Shown here: piece after piece, positions 1 through 10,008 of the stretch | Layout: every line of letters begins with the position of its first letter | How positions within the stretch are numbered: position 1 is the stretch's first letter | Assembly (NCBI GenBank): GCA_005792805.1 | Contig: SXQV01000201.1 | Coordinates: 1-28,605, forward strand | Length of the DNA stretch: 28,605 bases | From: Methylococcaceae bacterium | Lineage (GTDB): Bacteria > Pseudomonadota > Gammaproteobacteria > Methylococcales > Methylococcaceae | Direction of reading: 5' to 3' | Position numbers and translations under genes: made by a program | Notes under the pieces: generated by a model | Database searches by the model: none | What the model was told of the DNA's origin: nothing | The model's input: only the letters and a program-made list of their open reading frames with translations

Positions 1-1073
1 ACCAGCACCGTCGGTCCTTCCAGCGTGGCGAGCAAGTCGATTGCGGCCTGCACGGAGTCGGGATTGGCATTATAGGTGTCGTCGATGACCGTGGCCCCGG
101 TGGTTGCGTGCTGGATGACGCCACGGCCCGTCACGGGAGAGAAAGCCTCCAGTCCTTGCCGAATGCTGTCGGGCCCGATGCCGGCAGCGAATGCGGCCGC
201 CGCTGCTGCCGCTGCGTTATGGGCGTTATGGGCACCGGCCAAACGCAGCCCGATTTCGATTGGACCGGCCGGTGTATCAAGGCTGACCCGTATACCGCTT
301 GGCACCGGCTGAAAACGGGCACTGATGGTGGCCGCTTGGCGGAAACCAAAATCGACAATGCGCCGGTTACCCGCCAGCTCGCGCCAAATGGGCGCGCAAT
401 CGTCATCGGCAGGGAATACTGCCACGCCATCCGCTGGCAGGGCGGCAATTGATGCCCCGTTTTCATGGGCGGTGGCTTCGACGGTGCCCATGAACTCCTG
501 GTGCTCGCGCTGTGCATTGTTGACCAGAGCGATCGTGGGTTGGGCCAGCTGTGCCAGATAGGCAATTTCGCCAGGGTGGTTCATGCCCAGCTCGACTACG
601 GCTTGACGATGCCCGGGAGCCAGGCGGAACAGGGTCAGTGGCAGGCCGATGTCGTTGTTGAGATTACCCCGGGTGGCCAGCCGGCCTTCTTCCCCGGAAG
701 CGGCCGCGAGGATTGCTGCCAGCATTTGCGTTACGGTCGTCTTGCCGTTGCTGCCCGTCACGGTGATGACAGGCAGAGCAAAGCGGGCCCGCCAGCCAGC
801 CGCCGCTGCACCCAGCGCCAGACGGGTATCGGGCACCATGATCTGGGCAACGTCCAGTGGCAGAGGACGCTCCACCACCACGGCAACAGCCCCCCCGGCA
901 ACGGCTTGACCGGCAAAGTCATGTGCGTCGAATCGCTCCCCCTTTAGCGCAAAAAACACGCAGTCTCCGGGCAGGTGGCGGGTGTCGGTACTGACCTGCT
1001 GGAACAGAATGTCTGGCTTGCCCGTCAGGGTGGCCTGAGGCAGCAGGCCGGTCAGTTCGCCGAGGGTCATCAT
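1..1073 (-). CDS. murF: UDP-N-acetylmuramoyl-tripeptide--D-alanyl-D-alanine ligase (3' end runs off the window start)
   Basis: Absent from the ORF track because it has no stop inside the window. Hand translation from ATG at 1073 is open to base 1: MMTLGELTGLLPQATLTG...STDTRHL...FFALKGERFDAHDF...VTGSNGKTT (P-loop)...GNLNNDIGLPLTL...VELGMNHPGEI...HNAHNA...VIDDTYNANPDS. These are all MurF motifs. AGGA lies upstream. Confidence 0.96.
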   Translation of the reverse strand, partial: MMTLGELTGLLPQATLTGKPDILFQQVSTDTRHLPGDCVFFALKGERFDAHDFAGQAVAGGAVAVVVERPLPLDVAQIMVPDTRLALGAAAAGWRARFALPVITVTGSNGKTTVTQMLAAILAAASGEEGRLATRGNLNNDIGLPLTLFRLAPGHRQAVVELGMNHPGEIAYLAQLAQPTIALVNNAQREHQEFMGTVEATAHENGASIAALPADGVAVFPADDDCAPIWRELAGNRRIVDFGFRQAATISARFQPVPSGIRVSLDTPAGPIEIGLRLAGAHNAHNAAAAAAAAFAAGIGPDSIRQGLEAFSPVTGRGVIQHATTGATVIDDTYNANPDSVQAAIDLLATLEGPTVL

Positions 1074-1131
1074 GGGGCTAGAGTCCTGTCAGTAAGGCGG
1101 GGTGAGGCCGCGTGGGGCGGCTTGGAATAAT

Positions 1132-2109
1132 TCAGGGTTCGGCGAGTGAGTGCCTGACGTCATGGCTGGCTCGGCCCAGCCGGTCATTGATTGCCCGCCA
1201 GGCCGGATCGTCAGGTGGTTGCTCGACGAGAATGACATCCAGTCCCCGCTGGTCGAGGTCGCGGAGTGCCGCATACAGTGCTTGACCATAGCCGGTGGCG
1301 TGTTCCGGCATGGGCCAGGTCAGGATGCCGGCTGAAAACTGAAGGGGAGTACGCTGCATCACGGCCAGCCGCTGGTTCTGGCTGATTAAATTGACGGCGG
1401 CGGCAACCAGGTTTTCGGTCGGGCAGATCAGCATCCGCGTGTGTGGAGCGTAGTGGGAATCCAGCATACCGGGCGCGCGCACCGTGGTTTGAGTCCCTGT
1501 CAGGATGGTCTCACCGAGAGCGATCTCCAGCTCGGCCTGGGAAATTGCGCCGGGCCGGAGCAGCCGGGGTTGCTCATCGATGAGGCTGAGGATGGTGGAT
1601 TCCAGCCCGACACGGCAATTGCCCCCTTCCAGAATCAGGTCTACGTCATCGCCGAGCTCATCCCGCACGTGGACGGCGCGGGTCGGGCTGACCCGGCCGA
1701 AACGGTTGGCCGAGGGGGCGGCGATGCCGCCGCCGAAGGCGCGGAGTAATTCCAGAGCGACCGGATGATCCGGCATCCGCAGGCCGACGCTGTCCTGCCC
1801 GCCCGTCACTTCCATTGGTGCCTTGCCGCGCTTGAGTATCAGCGTCAGCGGGCCGGGCCAGAAGCATCCGGCCAGCCGTCTGGCGGCGGGAGGAATCTCC
1901 CGTGCCCATTCCGGCATCATCCCGGCGTCGCCAATGTGGACGATCAGCGGATGGTTGGCGGGCCGGCCCTTGATGGTGAAAATCCGCTGGGTGGCGGCTG
2001 GGTTGCTGGCATCTGCCCCGAGGCCATAGACGGTCTCGGTTGGGAAGGCCACTACGCCCCCCCGGCGCAGCTGCTCGACGGCCAGGGTAATGTCGGTGGT
2101 GATGGCCAT
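1132..2109 (-). CDS. sua5: L-threonylcarbamoyladenylate synthase, Sua5 type (YrdC domain plus SUA5 C-terminal domain)
   Basis: Motifs VAFPTETVYGLGADA, KGRPANHPLIVH, AAPSANRFGRVSPT, GLESTI and APGMLDSHYAP. ATG at 2109 (MAITTD) chosen as start; a TTG start at 2148 overlapping the gloA stop is the alternative. Confidence 0.95.
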   Translation of the reverse strand: MAITTDITLAVEQLRRGGVVAFPTETVYGLGADASNPAATQRIFTIKGRPANHPLIVHIGDAGMMPEWAREIPPAARRLAGCFWPGPLTLILKRGKAPMEVTGGQDSVGLRMPDHPVALELLRAFGGGIAAPSANRFGRVSPTRAVHVRDELGDDVDLILEGGNCRVGLESTILSLIDEQPRLLRPGAISQAELEIALGETILTGTQTTVRAPGMLDSHYAPHTRMLICPTENLVAAAVNLISQNQRLAVMQRTPLQFSAGILTWPMPEHATGYGQALYAALRDLDQRGLDVILVEQPPDDPAWRAINDRLGRASHDVRHSLAEP

Positions 2110-2144
2110 GTCAGCGAGAGGGCATGGTGGCGGCCGGGCTGGGG

Positions 2145-2540
2145 TCAATGGGTTCCGCTGCCTTTCTGGATGAACTCGATCTTGTAGCCATCCGGGTCGG
2201 CGGCAAAGGCAATGATGGTCGTGCCATGTTGCATTGGTCCGGCTTCACGCAGGACACTGCCGCCGCGCCGGCGGGTGAGGTCACAGGCTCGGGCGGCATC
2301 GTCGACTTCAATCGCGATATGGCCGAAGCCGGTGCCAAGGTCATAGTGATCGGTATCCCAGTTATGGGTCAGTTCGATCACGGTGCCGTCCTTTTCATCC
2401 TGATAGCCGACGAAAGCCAGGGTGAACTTGCCGTCCGGGTAATCGTGCTGGCGCAGGAGACGCATACCGAGCACTTCGGTGTAAAAGGCGATTGAGCGAT
2501 CCAGATTGCCCACCCGGATCATGGTGTGAAGAATTCTCAT
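2145..2540 (-). CDS. gloA: Lactoylglutathione lyase (glyoxalase I)
   Basis: [20 protein letters not shown]...FTLAFVGY...IELTHNW...GFGHIAIEV...[10 protein letters not shown]; 131 aa, typical of short Ni-type GloA. Confidence 0.97.
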   Translation of the reverse strand: MRILHTMIRVGNLDRSIAFYTEVLGMRLLRQHDYPDGKFTLAFVGYQDEKDGTVIELTHNWDTDHYDLGTGFGHIAIEVDDAARACDLTRRRGGSVLREAGPMQHGTTIIAFAADPDGYKIEFIQKGSGTH

Positions 2541-2580
2541 GGTGTTTTACGGTAGGTGGTCGCTGCGGTTGGGAAAGGGC

Positions 2581-3117
2581 TTATTCCGCCGGCGTCTGCA
2601 TGATGCTGTCGATGTTTCTGTCCCGCAGAAACAGCCGGACCTGGCTGGCATCGGGGATGGTCTGGTATGGCCCCAACTTTACCCGATACCAGCGGGTGTA
2701 TTCCAGATTGATCTGTTCCAGCCTGGGTTTGAGTTTCGCAAAAGCCTCCAGCCGGGTTTTCAAGGCCTCGGCTTGCTCCTGACTTTTGAATGCGCCCAAC
2801 TGAAGGTAATACTGACCCACGACCGGCGCTTTTCCCTGTCGAACCTCTCGCTTCTCGCTCCTGATGGCACTTTCCGGGATTTTCTGCTCGCTATCGGGGA
2901 GTAATTTGAAAAAGCTGAATTGCGGTTCCGGCGGAGACGGCATGGCGAGCAGCGCCGGGCGGCTTTGGCCTGATTCGGACCCATGCCGTGGCAGGGTCAG
3001 GGCAGCGATGCCCGTCAACAGGCCGATAGCCAGCAGGCTCCATCCCAATCGGGTGAAGAGGGGGCTACGCTTTTTTTTCCGAAAAGCCGGGACGCGATGT
3101 TTTAGGTCTTGCGGCAT
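2581..3117 (-). CDS. SPOR domain cell-division protein (FtsN/DedD-like)
   Basis: Basic N-terminus, one TM helix, FSFFKLLP motif and C-terminal SPOR domain (YYLQLGAFKSQEQAEAL...WYRVKLGPY). Starts 3 nt after the argS stop, a common argS-SPOR pairing. Confidence 0.9.
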   Translation of the reverse strand: MPQDLKHRVPAFRKKKRSPLFTRLGWSLLAIGLLTGIAALTLPRHGSESGQSRPALLAMPSPPEPQFSFFKLLPDSEQKIPESAIRSEKREVRQGKAPVVGQYYLQLGAFKSQEQAEALKTRLEAFAKLKPRLEQINLEYTRWYRVKLGPYQTIPDASQVRLFLRDRNIDSIMQTPAE

Positions 3118-3120
3118 GGA

Positions 3121-4881
3121 TTACATCGATTCCGGTGCCGACACATCGAGCAAGGTGAGGCCGTTGGCGATGACCTGGCGCACGGCGGCAATCAGGTTCA
3201 GGCGAGCGTCGCGGAGGTCGGCGTCCTCGACCAGAAACTGGTGCGAGTTGTAATAGGTATGCAGTTCAGCCGCAAGGTCGCGCAGATAGTGGATGAGATG
3301 ATGCGGTGCATGCTGCAGGGCGGATTGTTCGATCACTTCCGGGTAGCGGGCGAGCACCCCAACTAGCGAGATCTCATTGGCTTCGGTCAGGCGGCCGAGA
3401 TGCGCCATACCACTGGCCAGATTGCGTGGCAGGCCTTTTTCGTCGAGCTGGCGGAACACGCTGCACACGCGGGCATGGGCATACTGGACGTAATAGACCG
3501 GATTCTCGTTGGTGCGCGAGGTGGCCAGTTTGAGGTCGAAATCCATGTGCTGGTCTGACTTGCGCATCACGTAGAAGAAACGGGCAGCGTCCTTGCCGAC
3601 TTCGTTGCGCAGCTGACGCAGCGTTACGAAGTCGCCTGAGCGGGTCGACATCTGTACCTTTTCATCGCCACGATAAAGCACGGCAAACTGCACCAGCAGT
3701 ACTTCAAGTTTGTCGCGTGCGCCGCCCAGTGCTTCGATGGCCGCCTTTACCCTCGGGATATATCCATGGTGATCGGCCCCCCAGATGTTGATGATGCGGT
3801 CGAAGCCGCGTTCCAGCTTCTGCATGTGGTAGGCGATGTCGGAGGCGAAGTAGGTCATCTGACCGTTTTCGCGCACGACTACGCGGTCTTTTTCGTCGCC
3901 GAGGCGCGTCGAGGCAAACCACGTTGCGCCATCCTGATGGTAGAGGTAGCCGGCGTCCCGCAGTTTTTCCAGCGAACGATCGACGGAGCCAGACTCGGTC
4001 AGGCCGCGCTCGGAGAACCACGCCTCATAGCGCACCCCGAATTCCTCCAGATCCTGCCGGATGTCGGCGAGGATGTCGTTGAGCCCGGCGTCAAAAACAA
4101 GGCGATAGTCGACGGGGCCGAGCAGTTCCTTGGCTTTATTTACCAGTGCGTCGATATGCGTTTCCTTGTCGCCGCCCTGCGGTTCGTCGGCGGGAATACC
4201 GGCGAAAACTTCGCTGGCTGGCCGGCGCAGCCGCTCCCCTTCGGTCTTGTGCAGGTCGAAGGCAATGGTACGGACGTATTCGCCACGGTAGCCATTGCTG
4301 GGAAATATCAGGGTGTCGCCGCATTCTTCCAGGTAACGCAGCCAGACGCTGGCGGCGAGGATGTCCATCTGCCGGCCGGCGTCGTTGACGTAATATTCGC
4401 GCTGTACGTCGAAACCAATGGCCGCCAGCAGGTTGGCAACCACCGCGCCATAGGCTGCGCCACGGCCATGGCCGACGTGCAGGGGGCCGGTCGGGTTGGC
4501 GGAGACGAATTCGACCTGAACCCGTTTTCCCGCGCCGGACTGACTTTTGCCATATTCATGGCCGGCTTCGTGGATGTTCCGGACCACGCCGAACTGGGCC
4601 TGCGGGTCGATGAAGAAGTTGATGAATCCGGGCCCCGCCATTTCGACCTTGGTTACGCTGGGGTCAGCGGGCAGGACGGCCATGATTTTTTCTGCAAGAG
4701 CCCTTGGGTTGCTGCGTGCCGGCTTGGCCAGCGTCATCGCCCGATTGGTGGCGTAGTCGCCGTGCTGGGCATCCCGGGCGCGCTCCACCAGGCAGGGGAG
4801 GTCCAGTTTAGCCGGTAAGGTGCCGTCCTTTTCAAGGATGGCAATCGCTTCCTGCAGCAATCTTTCCAGGCGTTTTTTCAT
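3121..4881 (-). CDS. argS: Arginine--tRNA ligase
   Basis: [33 protein letters not shown] (HIGH motif), GADHHGY, KMSTRSG-like VQMSTRSG and YYVQYAHAR; 586 aa. Confidence 0.98.
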   Translation of the reverse strand: MKKRLERLLQEAIAILEKDGTLPAKLDLPCLVERARDAQHGDYATNRAMTLAKPARSNPRALAEKIMAVLPADPSVTKVEMAGPGFINFFIDPQAQFGVVRNIHEAGHEYGKSQSGAGKRVQVEFVSANPTGPLHVGHGRGAAYGAVVANLLAAIGFDVQREYYVNDAGRQMDILAASVWLRYLEECGDTLIFPSNGYRGEYVRTIAFDLHKTEGERLRRPASEVFAGIPADEPQGGDKETHIDALVNKAKELLGPVDYRLVFDAGLNDILADIRQDLEEFGVRYEAWFSERGLTESGSVDRSLEKLRDAGYLYHQDGATWFASTRLGDEKDRVVVRENGQMTYFASDIAYHMQKLERGFDRIINIWGADHHGYIPRVKAAIEALGGARDKLEVLLVQFAVLYRGDEKVQMSTRSGDFVTLRQLRNEVGKDAARFFYVMRKSDQHMDFDLKLATSRTNENPVYYVQYAHARVCSVFRQLDEKGLPRNLASGMAHLGRLTEANEISLVGVLARYPEVIEQSALQHAPHHLIHYLRDLAAELHTYYNSHQFLVEDADLRDARLNLIAAVRQVIANGLTLLDVSAPESM

Positions 4882-4915
4882 TCGGAGGGGTACGGCGGGG
4901 GTGAATGGGCCGCTT

Positions 4916-4945
4916 ATTATCCTTAAAACCCGGCGGGGATGACAA
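4916..4945 (-). promoter_or_regulatory. Putative sigma70 promoter of argS
   Basis: Minus strand reads TTGTCA (4945-4940), an 18-nt spacer, then GATAAT (4921-4916). Both hexamers are 5/6 matches to consensus, and the -10 ends ~35 nt before the argS ATG. Confidence 0.55.
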
Positions 4946-4963
4946 TCACGCCGGGTTTTAAGG
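4921..4963. terminator. 15-bp perfect inverted repeat, probable terminator of the TIR-STAND-TPR gene
   Basis: CCTTAAAACCCGGCG (4921-4935) / CGCCGGGTTTTAAGG (4949-4963). It overlaps the TAA stop at 4960-4958 and has only a 4-T tract after the GC stem. Confidence 0.55.
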
Positions 4964-7933
4964 CGCTGGGTTGGCTTCAGCGGCCTGGACTCGGGCCAGC
5001 CGGCGCAGATCTGCTTCGTGACGTTCGGTCAAACGTCCAATTTTGTGGCGGAGCCAGCCGAGATCCTCACGTAGCAGGGTGTTTTCGGGGAACTCAATGG
5101 CGAGTTGTTCGATGATGCCGCGTGCGGTTTGATATTGGGAAAGGGCGGCGACCGTGTTTTTTTCCAGTTCGCGGCTGCGCCCCAGCTTGATCTGAACCGC
5201 TGCAATATCGCGGCGGCGAATGCCTTCGAAGGCCGAGCGGTAGGCTGGATCTTCGGCGATTACCAGAAAATGCTGGAAATGCTGGTCAGCCTCGATGGGA
5301 TCGTCCAGACCACTCAGGGTATCGCCCAGGTTGTTGTGGCAGATGGCGACATCCCTTTGCCATTCAGGGTTGCCGGGCTGAAGGCGGGCTGCGTTATCGG
5401 CGATGGCCAGGGCAGTGCGATAGCGGTTGAGCGCCCCGGACAGGTCATCCTTCGATCGCAGGATGTCGCCAATACGATTGTGGATGGTTGCCGACGCGCG
5501 GGCGTACTGAACCTGATCGCGATGGGTTTCAGTCAGTTTCTGGAAATGAGCGAGCGCATGGTCCAGCTGGATCATCGCCGTTTCTGTATCTTTCAGGCTG
5601 ACATGCAGCTCCGCGAGATCGGCGTGGCTGGTTGCCAGGTCGAACTCCAGTGAACTCTCTTCCGGTGTGAGGTGAAGCAGTTTGCCAATCAAGCCATGCA
5701 CGGTTTGCTGGCATTGCAGGGCACCTTCGGTGTCTCCCAGTTCTTTTTGGAGGCTCCCGATTTTGATGTTCAACCGCAGCGGGTCACGCAGACGATCCTG
5801 TCCCAAGGTTTCCTGTTTGGCGATTAAGGTGCGGATGCCGAGACTTTTCCGGAAATGATCCAACGCGGATGCGGGGTCTTTTTGTTCTACCAGCAAATCG
5901 CCGAGCTGTTCCTGAATTCGGGCAAAATCCCGCTGCCGCGCACCATTCTGCGGGTCAATCGCCATGGCTCTTACCAGGTAGGCGCTGGCGGCCCGATATG
6001 ACTGCATTGCGCGATTGCGTGCACCATTCATGAGATCCAGGTCGGCGAGATGGATAGCCAGACGGATGCGTCCGGTGATTTCGGCGGCACTGTCCTCCGG
6101 CTCGATTGGGCGGTCGCGCAGGTCGTCTATCAGTTTTCGCCCGTGAGCCGCCAGCGCGTTGAGGCGGTTCCAGTCATGCTTGGCGTGGCATGCTTCGGCG
6201 ATGACATAGAGGGCTTGCAGCGCGGATTCTTTCAACAAGAGTTGCCGTGGTGAAACGGCCACTACCTGATTGATCGTCTTGCTCGCCAGATCACAGATTT
6301 GCAGCGCATTGTCGGTGGGCGTTGCCAGGCCCTGTTTTACCAGGCTGGCTGTTCCTGCTTCGATGTAGGATCGGGCAGTGTCGGGCGACAGGGGGACTTC
6401 CTGGGGTTCATTAAGGAAAATGGTGAAGAGGTCTTCTTTCCGGTCGTCGGCGCTTAAACCACTTAGAACCAGACACTCCACCAGGAAATCCTGAGGCAGA
6501 GGCGAATCCCCTAATTCGGCGGCCAGTCTGAGTATGTCCCGGGCGGAACCATGGAGTGTTCGCAGGGTTTCCAGGATCACGGCCGCGCAGGCGGTTTCTT
6601 TGGCTTCGGGGAACTGCCCTGGCCAGCGCTGGCTGAGTTCGCTGGCCGGCCGGTTTTTCTTTTCGAGTTTTTGTAGCAACCAGCCGAAAGTCGCATGCCG
6701 GTGGCGCCGATGTCCTTCTGCCAGTGCGGCGATCATGGTGATGAAGCGAGGATGACGGCCTACCGTGCCGGTTAGCCAATTTGCCGCCTCCAGTTCTTCT
6801 CCGCGTACTGGCGGTTTGCCATGAGTGAGCGCGATGTTGCCGGCCTGCTCATCCAGAATCGGCAGGTGGATGGGCTCTCCCCTGTGGTCATAGCGCTGGC
6901 TACGGGTGACGAAAATGGTGTGTCCCAGCCGCATGGCTTGATTATGCGGGGCGGGAGCCATCCATTGATGAAGCACAGGGCCGTTAATCCCTTCCGGGAC
7001 GTCGTCGACTATCCAGAGAAAAGGCTTGCCCAGGTCATGTAAGTGATGCCCTAAATCGGCGATCAAGCTGTCCAGCGGGATATGTCCGTCGCGCTCGGTG
7101 CCAGGACTGAGCTGGCTGAGTAATGCCAGTAGTTGCGGTTTTAGTGCGGGATTTACGCTGAGTTCTCTCAGCCTCGCCGCAGGGACTGCCTCGCGTGCCG
7201 AAAGGCGGAATATCCCTCCCGGATAGGCTGCGCCGAAGCGGAAGGCGTATTCCCGGGTGAGGGTGGACTTGCCCAGCCCGGGTGCGCCCGATACCACAAT
7301 GGAAGGCGCGGGATGGCCGTTCTGGCGGCTGGTGGAGGGTGGGTTTAAGCCGTTGTGAATATCCCAGAGTTCGCGCTCCCTGCCGGCAAAAAAGGCGGGG
7401 TCCTGGGTTAGGGTGTCGTATGGTTCGCGCCAGCCCACCTGTGTCTGAGGGTAAAGTCCACCGAGAGTGCCATTCAGCCGCTTACAGCAGGCATCAATTT
7501 TTTCTGCCAGCACGGTGAGTGTCTGCGTATCGAGTTCATCCGTGGCGGGGGCAATAATCCGGTGCCTGAGGTGCAATGGATAGATGTGCTTCAGGCCTGA
7601 CTCGGCGTTGACCACCAGAATTCGTTCCGCCGCAGAAGGGGGCTCTTGTCCTTGCGCAATCCAGGCCATGGCGAGATGCGTCTGGCATCCCCGTGACCGG
7701 AAGAAACCTTCGGATGCCCATACGAGAAAGCTTTTGGAGATGGCGAGTTTTGGCTGAAGGCCGCTGCCGGAGTCACCTTCAAAGGCGAAGCTGGAGATCC
7801 CCCTCACCGCCAGCGCAGCCGTCAGTCGTTTGACGGCTATGGCAGAAGACGGGTCATGACAGATGAAAACGTCGTGGGGGCCGGACAAAGGGGATGCTCC
7901 TGCCGAAAAAGTCAGGTTCGAAATGGGGCGCAT
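4958..7933 (-). CDS. TIR-like domain / STAND (NB-ARC-like) P-loop NTPase / TPR-repeat protein (NLR-like)
   Basis: N-terminal TIR pattern (HDVFICH...LAVRGISSF...[25 protein letters not shown]...RILVV); [12 protein letters not shown]; Walker A GAPGLGKS; Walker B LWIVDD; IFVTRS; TPR repeats such as [20 protein letters not shown] at 7933 (MRPISN) preferred over the track start at 8011. Confidence 0.85.
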   Translation of the reverse strand: MRPISNLTFSAGASPLSGPHDVFICHDPSSAIAVKRLTAALAVRGISSFAFEGDSGSGLQPKLAISKSFLVWASEGFFRSRGCQTHLAMAWIAQGQEPPSAAERILVVNAESGLKHIYPLHLRHRIIAPATDELDTQTLTVLAEKIDACCKRLNGTLGGLYPQTQVGWREPYDTLTQDPAFFAGRERELWDIHNGLNPPSTSRQNGHPAPSIVVSGAPGLGKSTLTREYAFRFGAAYPGGIFRLSAREAVPAARLRELSVNPALKPQLLALLSQLSPGTERDGHIPLDSLIADLGHHLHDLGKPFLWIVDDVPEGINGPVLHQWMAPAPHNQAMRLGHTIFVTRSQRYDHRGEPIHLPILDEQAGNIALTHGKPPVRGEELEAANWLTGTVGRHPRFITMIAALAEGHRRHRHATFGWLLQKLEKKNRPASELSQRWPGQFPEAKETACAAVILETLRTLHGSARDILRLAAELGDSPLPQDFLVECLVLSGLSADDRKEDLFTIFLNEPQEVPLSPDTARSYIEAGTASLVKQGLATPTDNALQICDLASKTINQVVAVSPRQLLLKESALQALYVIAEACHAKHDWNRLNALAAHGRKLIDDLRDRPIEPEDSAAEITGRIRLAIHLADLDLMNGARNRAMQSYRAASAYLVRAMAIDPQNGARQRDFARIQEQLGDLLVEQKDPASALDHFRKSLGIRTLIAKQETLGQDRLRDPLRLNIKIGSLQKELGDTEGALQCQQTVHGLIGKLLHLTPEESSLEFDLATSHADLAELHVSLKDTETAMIQLDHALAHFQKLTETHRDQVQYARASATIHNRIGDILRSKDDLSGALNRYRTALAIADNAARLQPGNPEWQRDVAICHNNLGDTLSGLDDPIEADQHFQHFLVIAEDPAYRSAFEGIRRRDIAAVQIKLGRSRELEKNTVAALSQYQTARGIIEQLAIEFPENTLLREDLGWLRHKIGRLTERHEADLRRLARVQAAEANPAP

Positions 7934-8080
7934 TGTATCCCGAATGTTTCGCGGACGATTGATTGAAGATTCATCTCGTCGCGGCTGGTGCAGATCAAAT
8001 GTCACCAGCATGCCTGCACGGAATTCCCATTGTTTGTGTATGATTTGACTTGGTTTTCACCCCCATTGACTCATTCCTTG

Positions 8081-9211
8081 ATGAAGCCTACCTGGTCCAT
8101 TACTCCGCAAGGCAAAAGCGGCTTGCATCTGTCTTTTAGTGGCGACTGGTGTATGGAGCATGCCGGCCTGATGGATGTGGGCGCCATCCTGGCCGAACTG
8201 GGGCAGCCATCCGGTACCGGACCGGTGATTCTTGATGGGCAGGGTTTGGGCCGCTGGGATAGTGCATTCATGACGTTTCTTCTCGATCTGAGGCAAGGCT
8301 GCTCTGCGGGTAAGGTCTCTCTGGACGTTAGCCGGATGCCCCCGGGGGTTCGCTCCTTGCTGGATTTGGCGTCGGCGGTACCCGAAAGAGAGGGAGCCAG
8401 GCGATCGGCTTCTCGCGTGGTGTGGTTGGCCGAGATAGGTGAGGGTGCACGCAGATTTTGGGAAGACGGCCTGTTTCTGACCCGCTTCCTGGGCGAGGCG
8501 ACGCTGGCGGGGCTGGCCCTGATAGCGGGCAAGGCCCGTTTCAGGCGGATAGATTTATGGCTGCAAATTCAGGAATGCGGCCCCTCTGCCGTACCCATCG
8601 TCACCCTGATTAGCCTGTTGGTGGGTTTGATTCTGGCCTTTGTTGGGGCGGTCCAGCTTGCTATGTTCGGCGCTCAGCTTTACATCGCCGATTTGGTGGC
8701 CTTGGGCATGACGCGCGAAATGGGCGCCCTGATGACGGCCATCATCATGGCGGGCCGTTCCGGAGCGGCCTTTGCGGCCCAGATTGGCACCATGAACGTC
8801 AATATGGAGATTTCTGCCCTGAGGGTGATGGGGTTCGCACCGATGGAGTTTCTGGTGTTGCCGCGAATGCTGGCGCTGATTCTGGTTATGCCATTTCTCT
8901 GTCTTTATTCAGATCTGCTCGGCATCATCGGCGGTGGGCTGGTCAGTATCGCCTTCTTTGATATCCCGGTGACACAATTCATACATCGAACCGCCGAATC
9001 GGTTCACTTGACGGATTTCTTTATCGGTGTCTTCAAATGCGCCCTGTTTGGTGTTCTGATTGCCTTGGCCGGCTGCATGCGCGGTTTGCAATGTGGGCGT
9101 AGCGCCTCGGCGGTGGGTGATGCGGCGACCTCGGCAGTGGTGACCAGTATCGTCTTTATTGTGGTTGCGGATTCCATTGTCACGCTGGTCTGTGACCGGC
9201 TCGGAATATAA
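8081..9211 (+). CDS. MlaE-family ABC permease with N-terminal STAS-like domain
   Basis: N-terminal LSFSGDW...LDGQGLGRWDSA (STAS-like), then TREMGALMTAIIMAGRSGAAFAAQIGTM...EISALRVMG and VGDAATSAVV. ATG at 8081 preferred over 7988. Confidence 0.92.
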   Translation: MKPTWSITPQGKSGLHLSFSGDWCMEHAGLMDVGAILAELGQPSGTGPVILDGQGLGRWDSAFMTFLLDLRQGCSAGKVSLDVSRMPPGVRSLLDLASAVPEREGARRSASRVVWLAEIGEGARRFWEDGLFLTRFLGEATLAGLALIAGKARFRRIDLWLQIQECGPSAVPIVTLISLLVGLILAFVGAVQLAMFGAQLYIADLVALGMTREMGALMTAIIMAGRSGAAFAAQIGTMNVNMEISALRVMGFAPMEFLVLPRMLALILVMPFLCLYSDLLGIIGGGLVSIAFFDIPVTQFIHRTAESVHLTDFFIGVFKCALFGVLIALAGCMRGLQCGRSASAVGDAATSAVVTSIVFIVVADSIVTLVCDRLGI

Positions 9212-9225
9212 GCCTGTTTAGCACT

Positions 9226-10008
9226 ATGACAGAAGCTGTAATCACTGTGGATAATCTGACCATGGCCTATGGCGATTTCCTGATTCAGCGTGACCTCAGT
9301 TTCACGGTCAATCGGGGGGACATCTTCGTCGTCATGGGGGGCAGTGGTTGTGGCAAAAGTACGTTGCTCATGCATTTGATCGGATTGCAGACTCCGGCGA
9401 AAGGTTCGATTTTCTACGGCCAGCAGGATTTCTGGCGGGCAAATGCAGCGCAGCGGGAACAGATCATGCGACGCATCGGCGTTCTGTTTCAAAGCGGTGC
9501 GCTGCTAAGTTCTATGACCTTGGCCGAAAATATTGCCTTGCCGTTGATGGAGTTCACCTCGCTGACATCCAGGCAAATCGCCAAGATAGTTTCCTACAAG
9601 CTGGCGCTGGTCGGATTGGCGGGTTTTGAAGACTACTATCCGTCCGAAATCAGCGGGGGCATGCAGAAAAGGGCTGGTTTGGCGAGAGCCATGGCACTCG
9701 ATCCCGAGATTCTTTTTTTTGATGAACCCTCGGCCGGTTTGGACCCCATCAGCGCCAAGCTGCTCGACGACCTGATCAAGGGCTTGCGTGATAGCCTGGG
9801 TGCTACCGTGGTGATGGTTACGCATGAGCTGGCGAGTATCTTTGCGATCGGCACGAATTCGATATTTTTGGATCCGGAGAGTAAAACAGCCATTGCCGCT
9901 GGTCCCCCCCAGAAAATTTTGGCTGAATCAAATGATGCGAGGGTCATCCGATTTTTGACCCGCGATGATCCGGGAGCAGTACAACACCCATTGGAGGCAA
10001 CTTCGTGA
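9226..10008 (+). CDS. MlaF-family ABC ATP-binding protein
   Basis: Walker A GGSGCGKS, LFQSGALLSSMT, signature EISGGMQKRAGLARA, Walker B ILFFDEPSAGLDP and H-loop VTHE. Confidence 0.94.
   Translation: MTEAVITVDNLTMAYGDFLIQRDLSFTVNRGDIFVVMGGSGCGKSTLLMHLIGLQTPAKGSIFYGQQDFWRANAAQREQIMRRIGVLFQSGALLSSMTLAENIALPLMEFTSLTSRQIAKIVSYKLALVGLAGFEDYYPSEISGGMQKRAGLARAMALDPEILFFDEPSAGLDPISAKLLDDLIKGLRDSLGATVVMVTHELASIFAIGTNSIFLDPESKTAIAAGPPQKILAESNDARVIRFLTRDDPGAVQHPLEATS

Noticed and set aside
212-232. Tandem 9-bp repeat (GCGTTATGG x2) in murF
   Set aside because: It encodes the normal HNxxN motif of Mur ligases (AHNAHN) and is not a mobile or variable repeat.
3766-4818. 350-aa ORF on the + strand (likewise 465-947, 5105-5653, 9636-10184, 21692-22183, 25505-26416 and other long track ORFs)
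   Set aside because: They lie antisense to well-supported genes, show no recognisable motifs, and are the expected shadow ORFs of GC-rich coding sequence.
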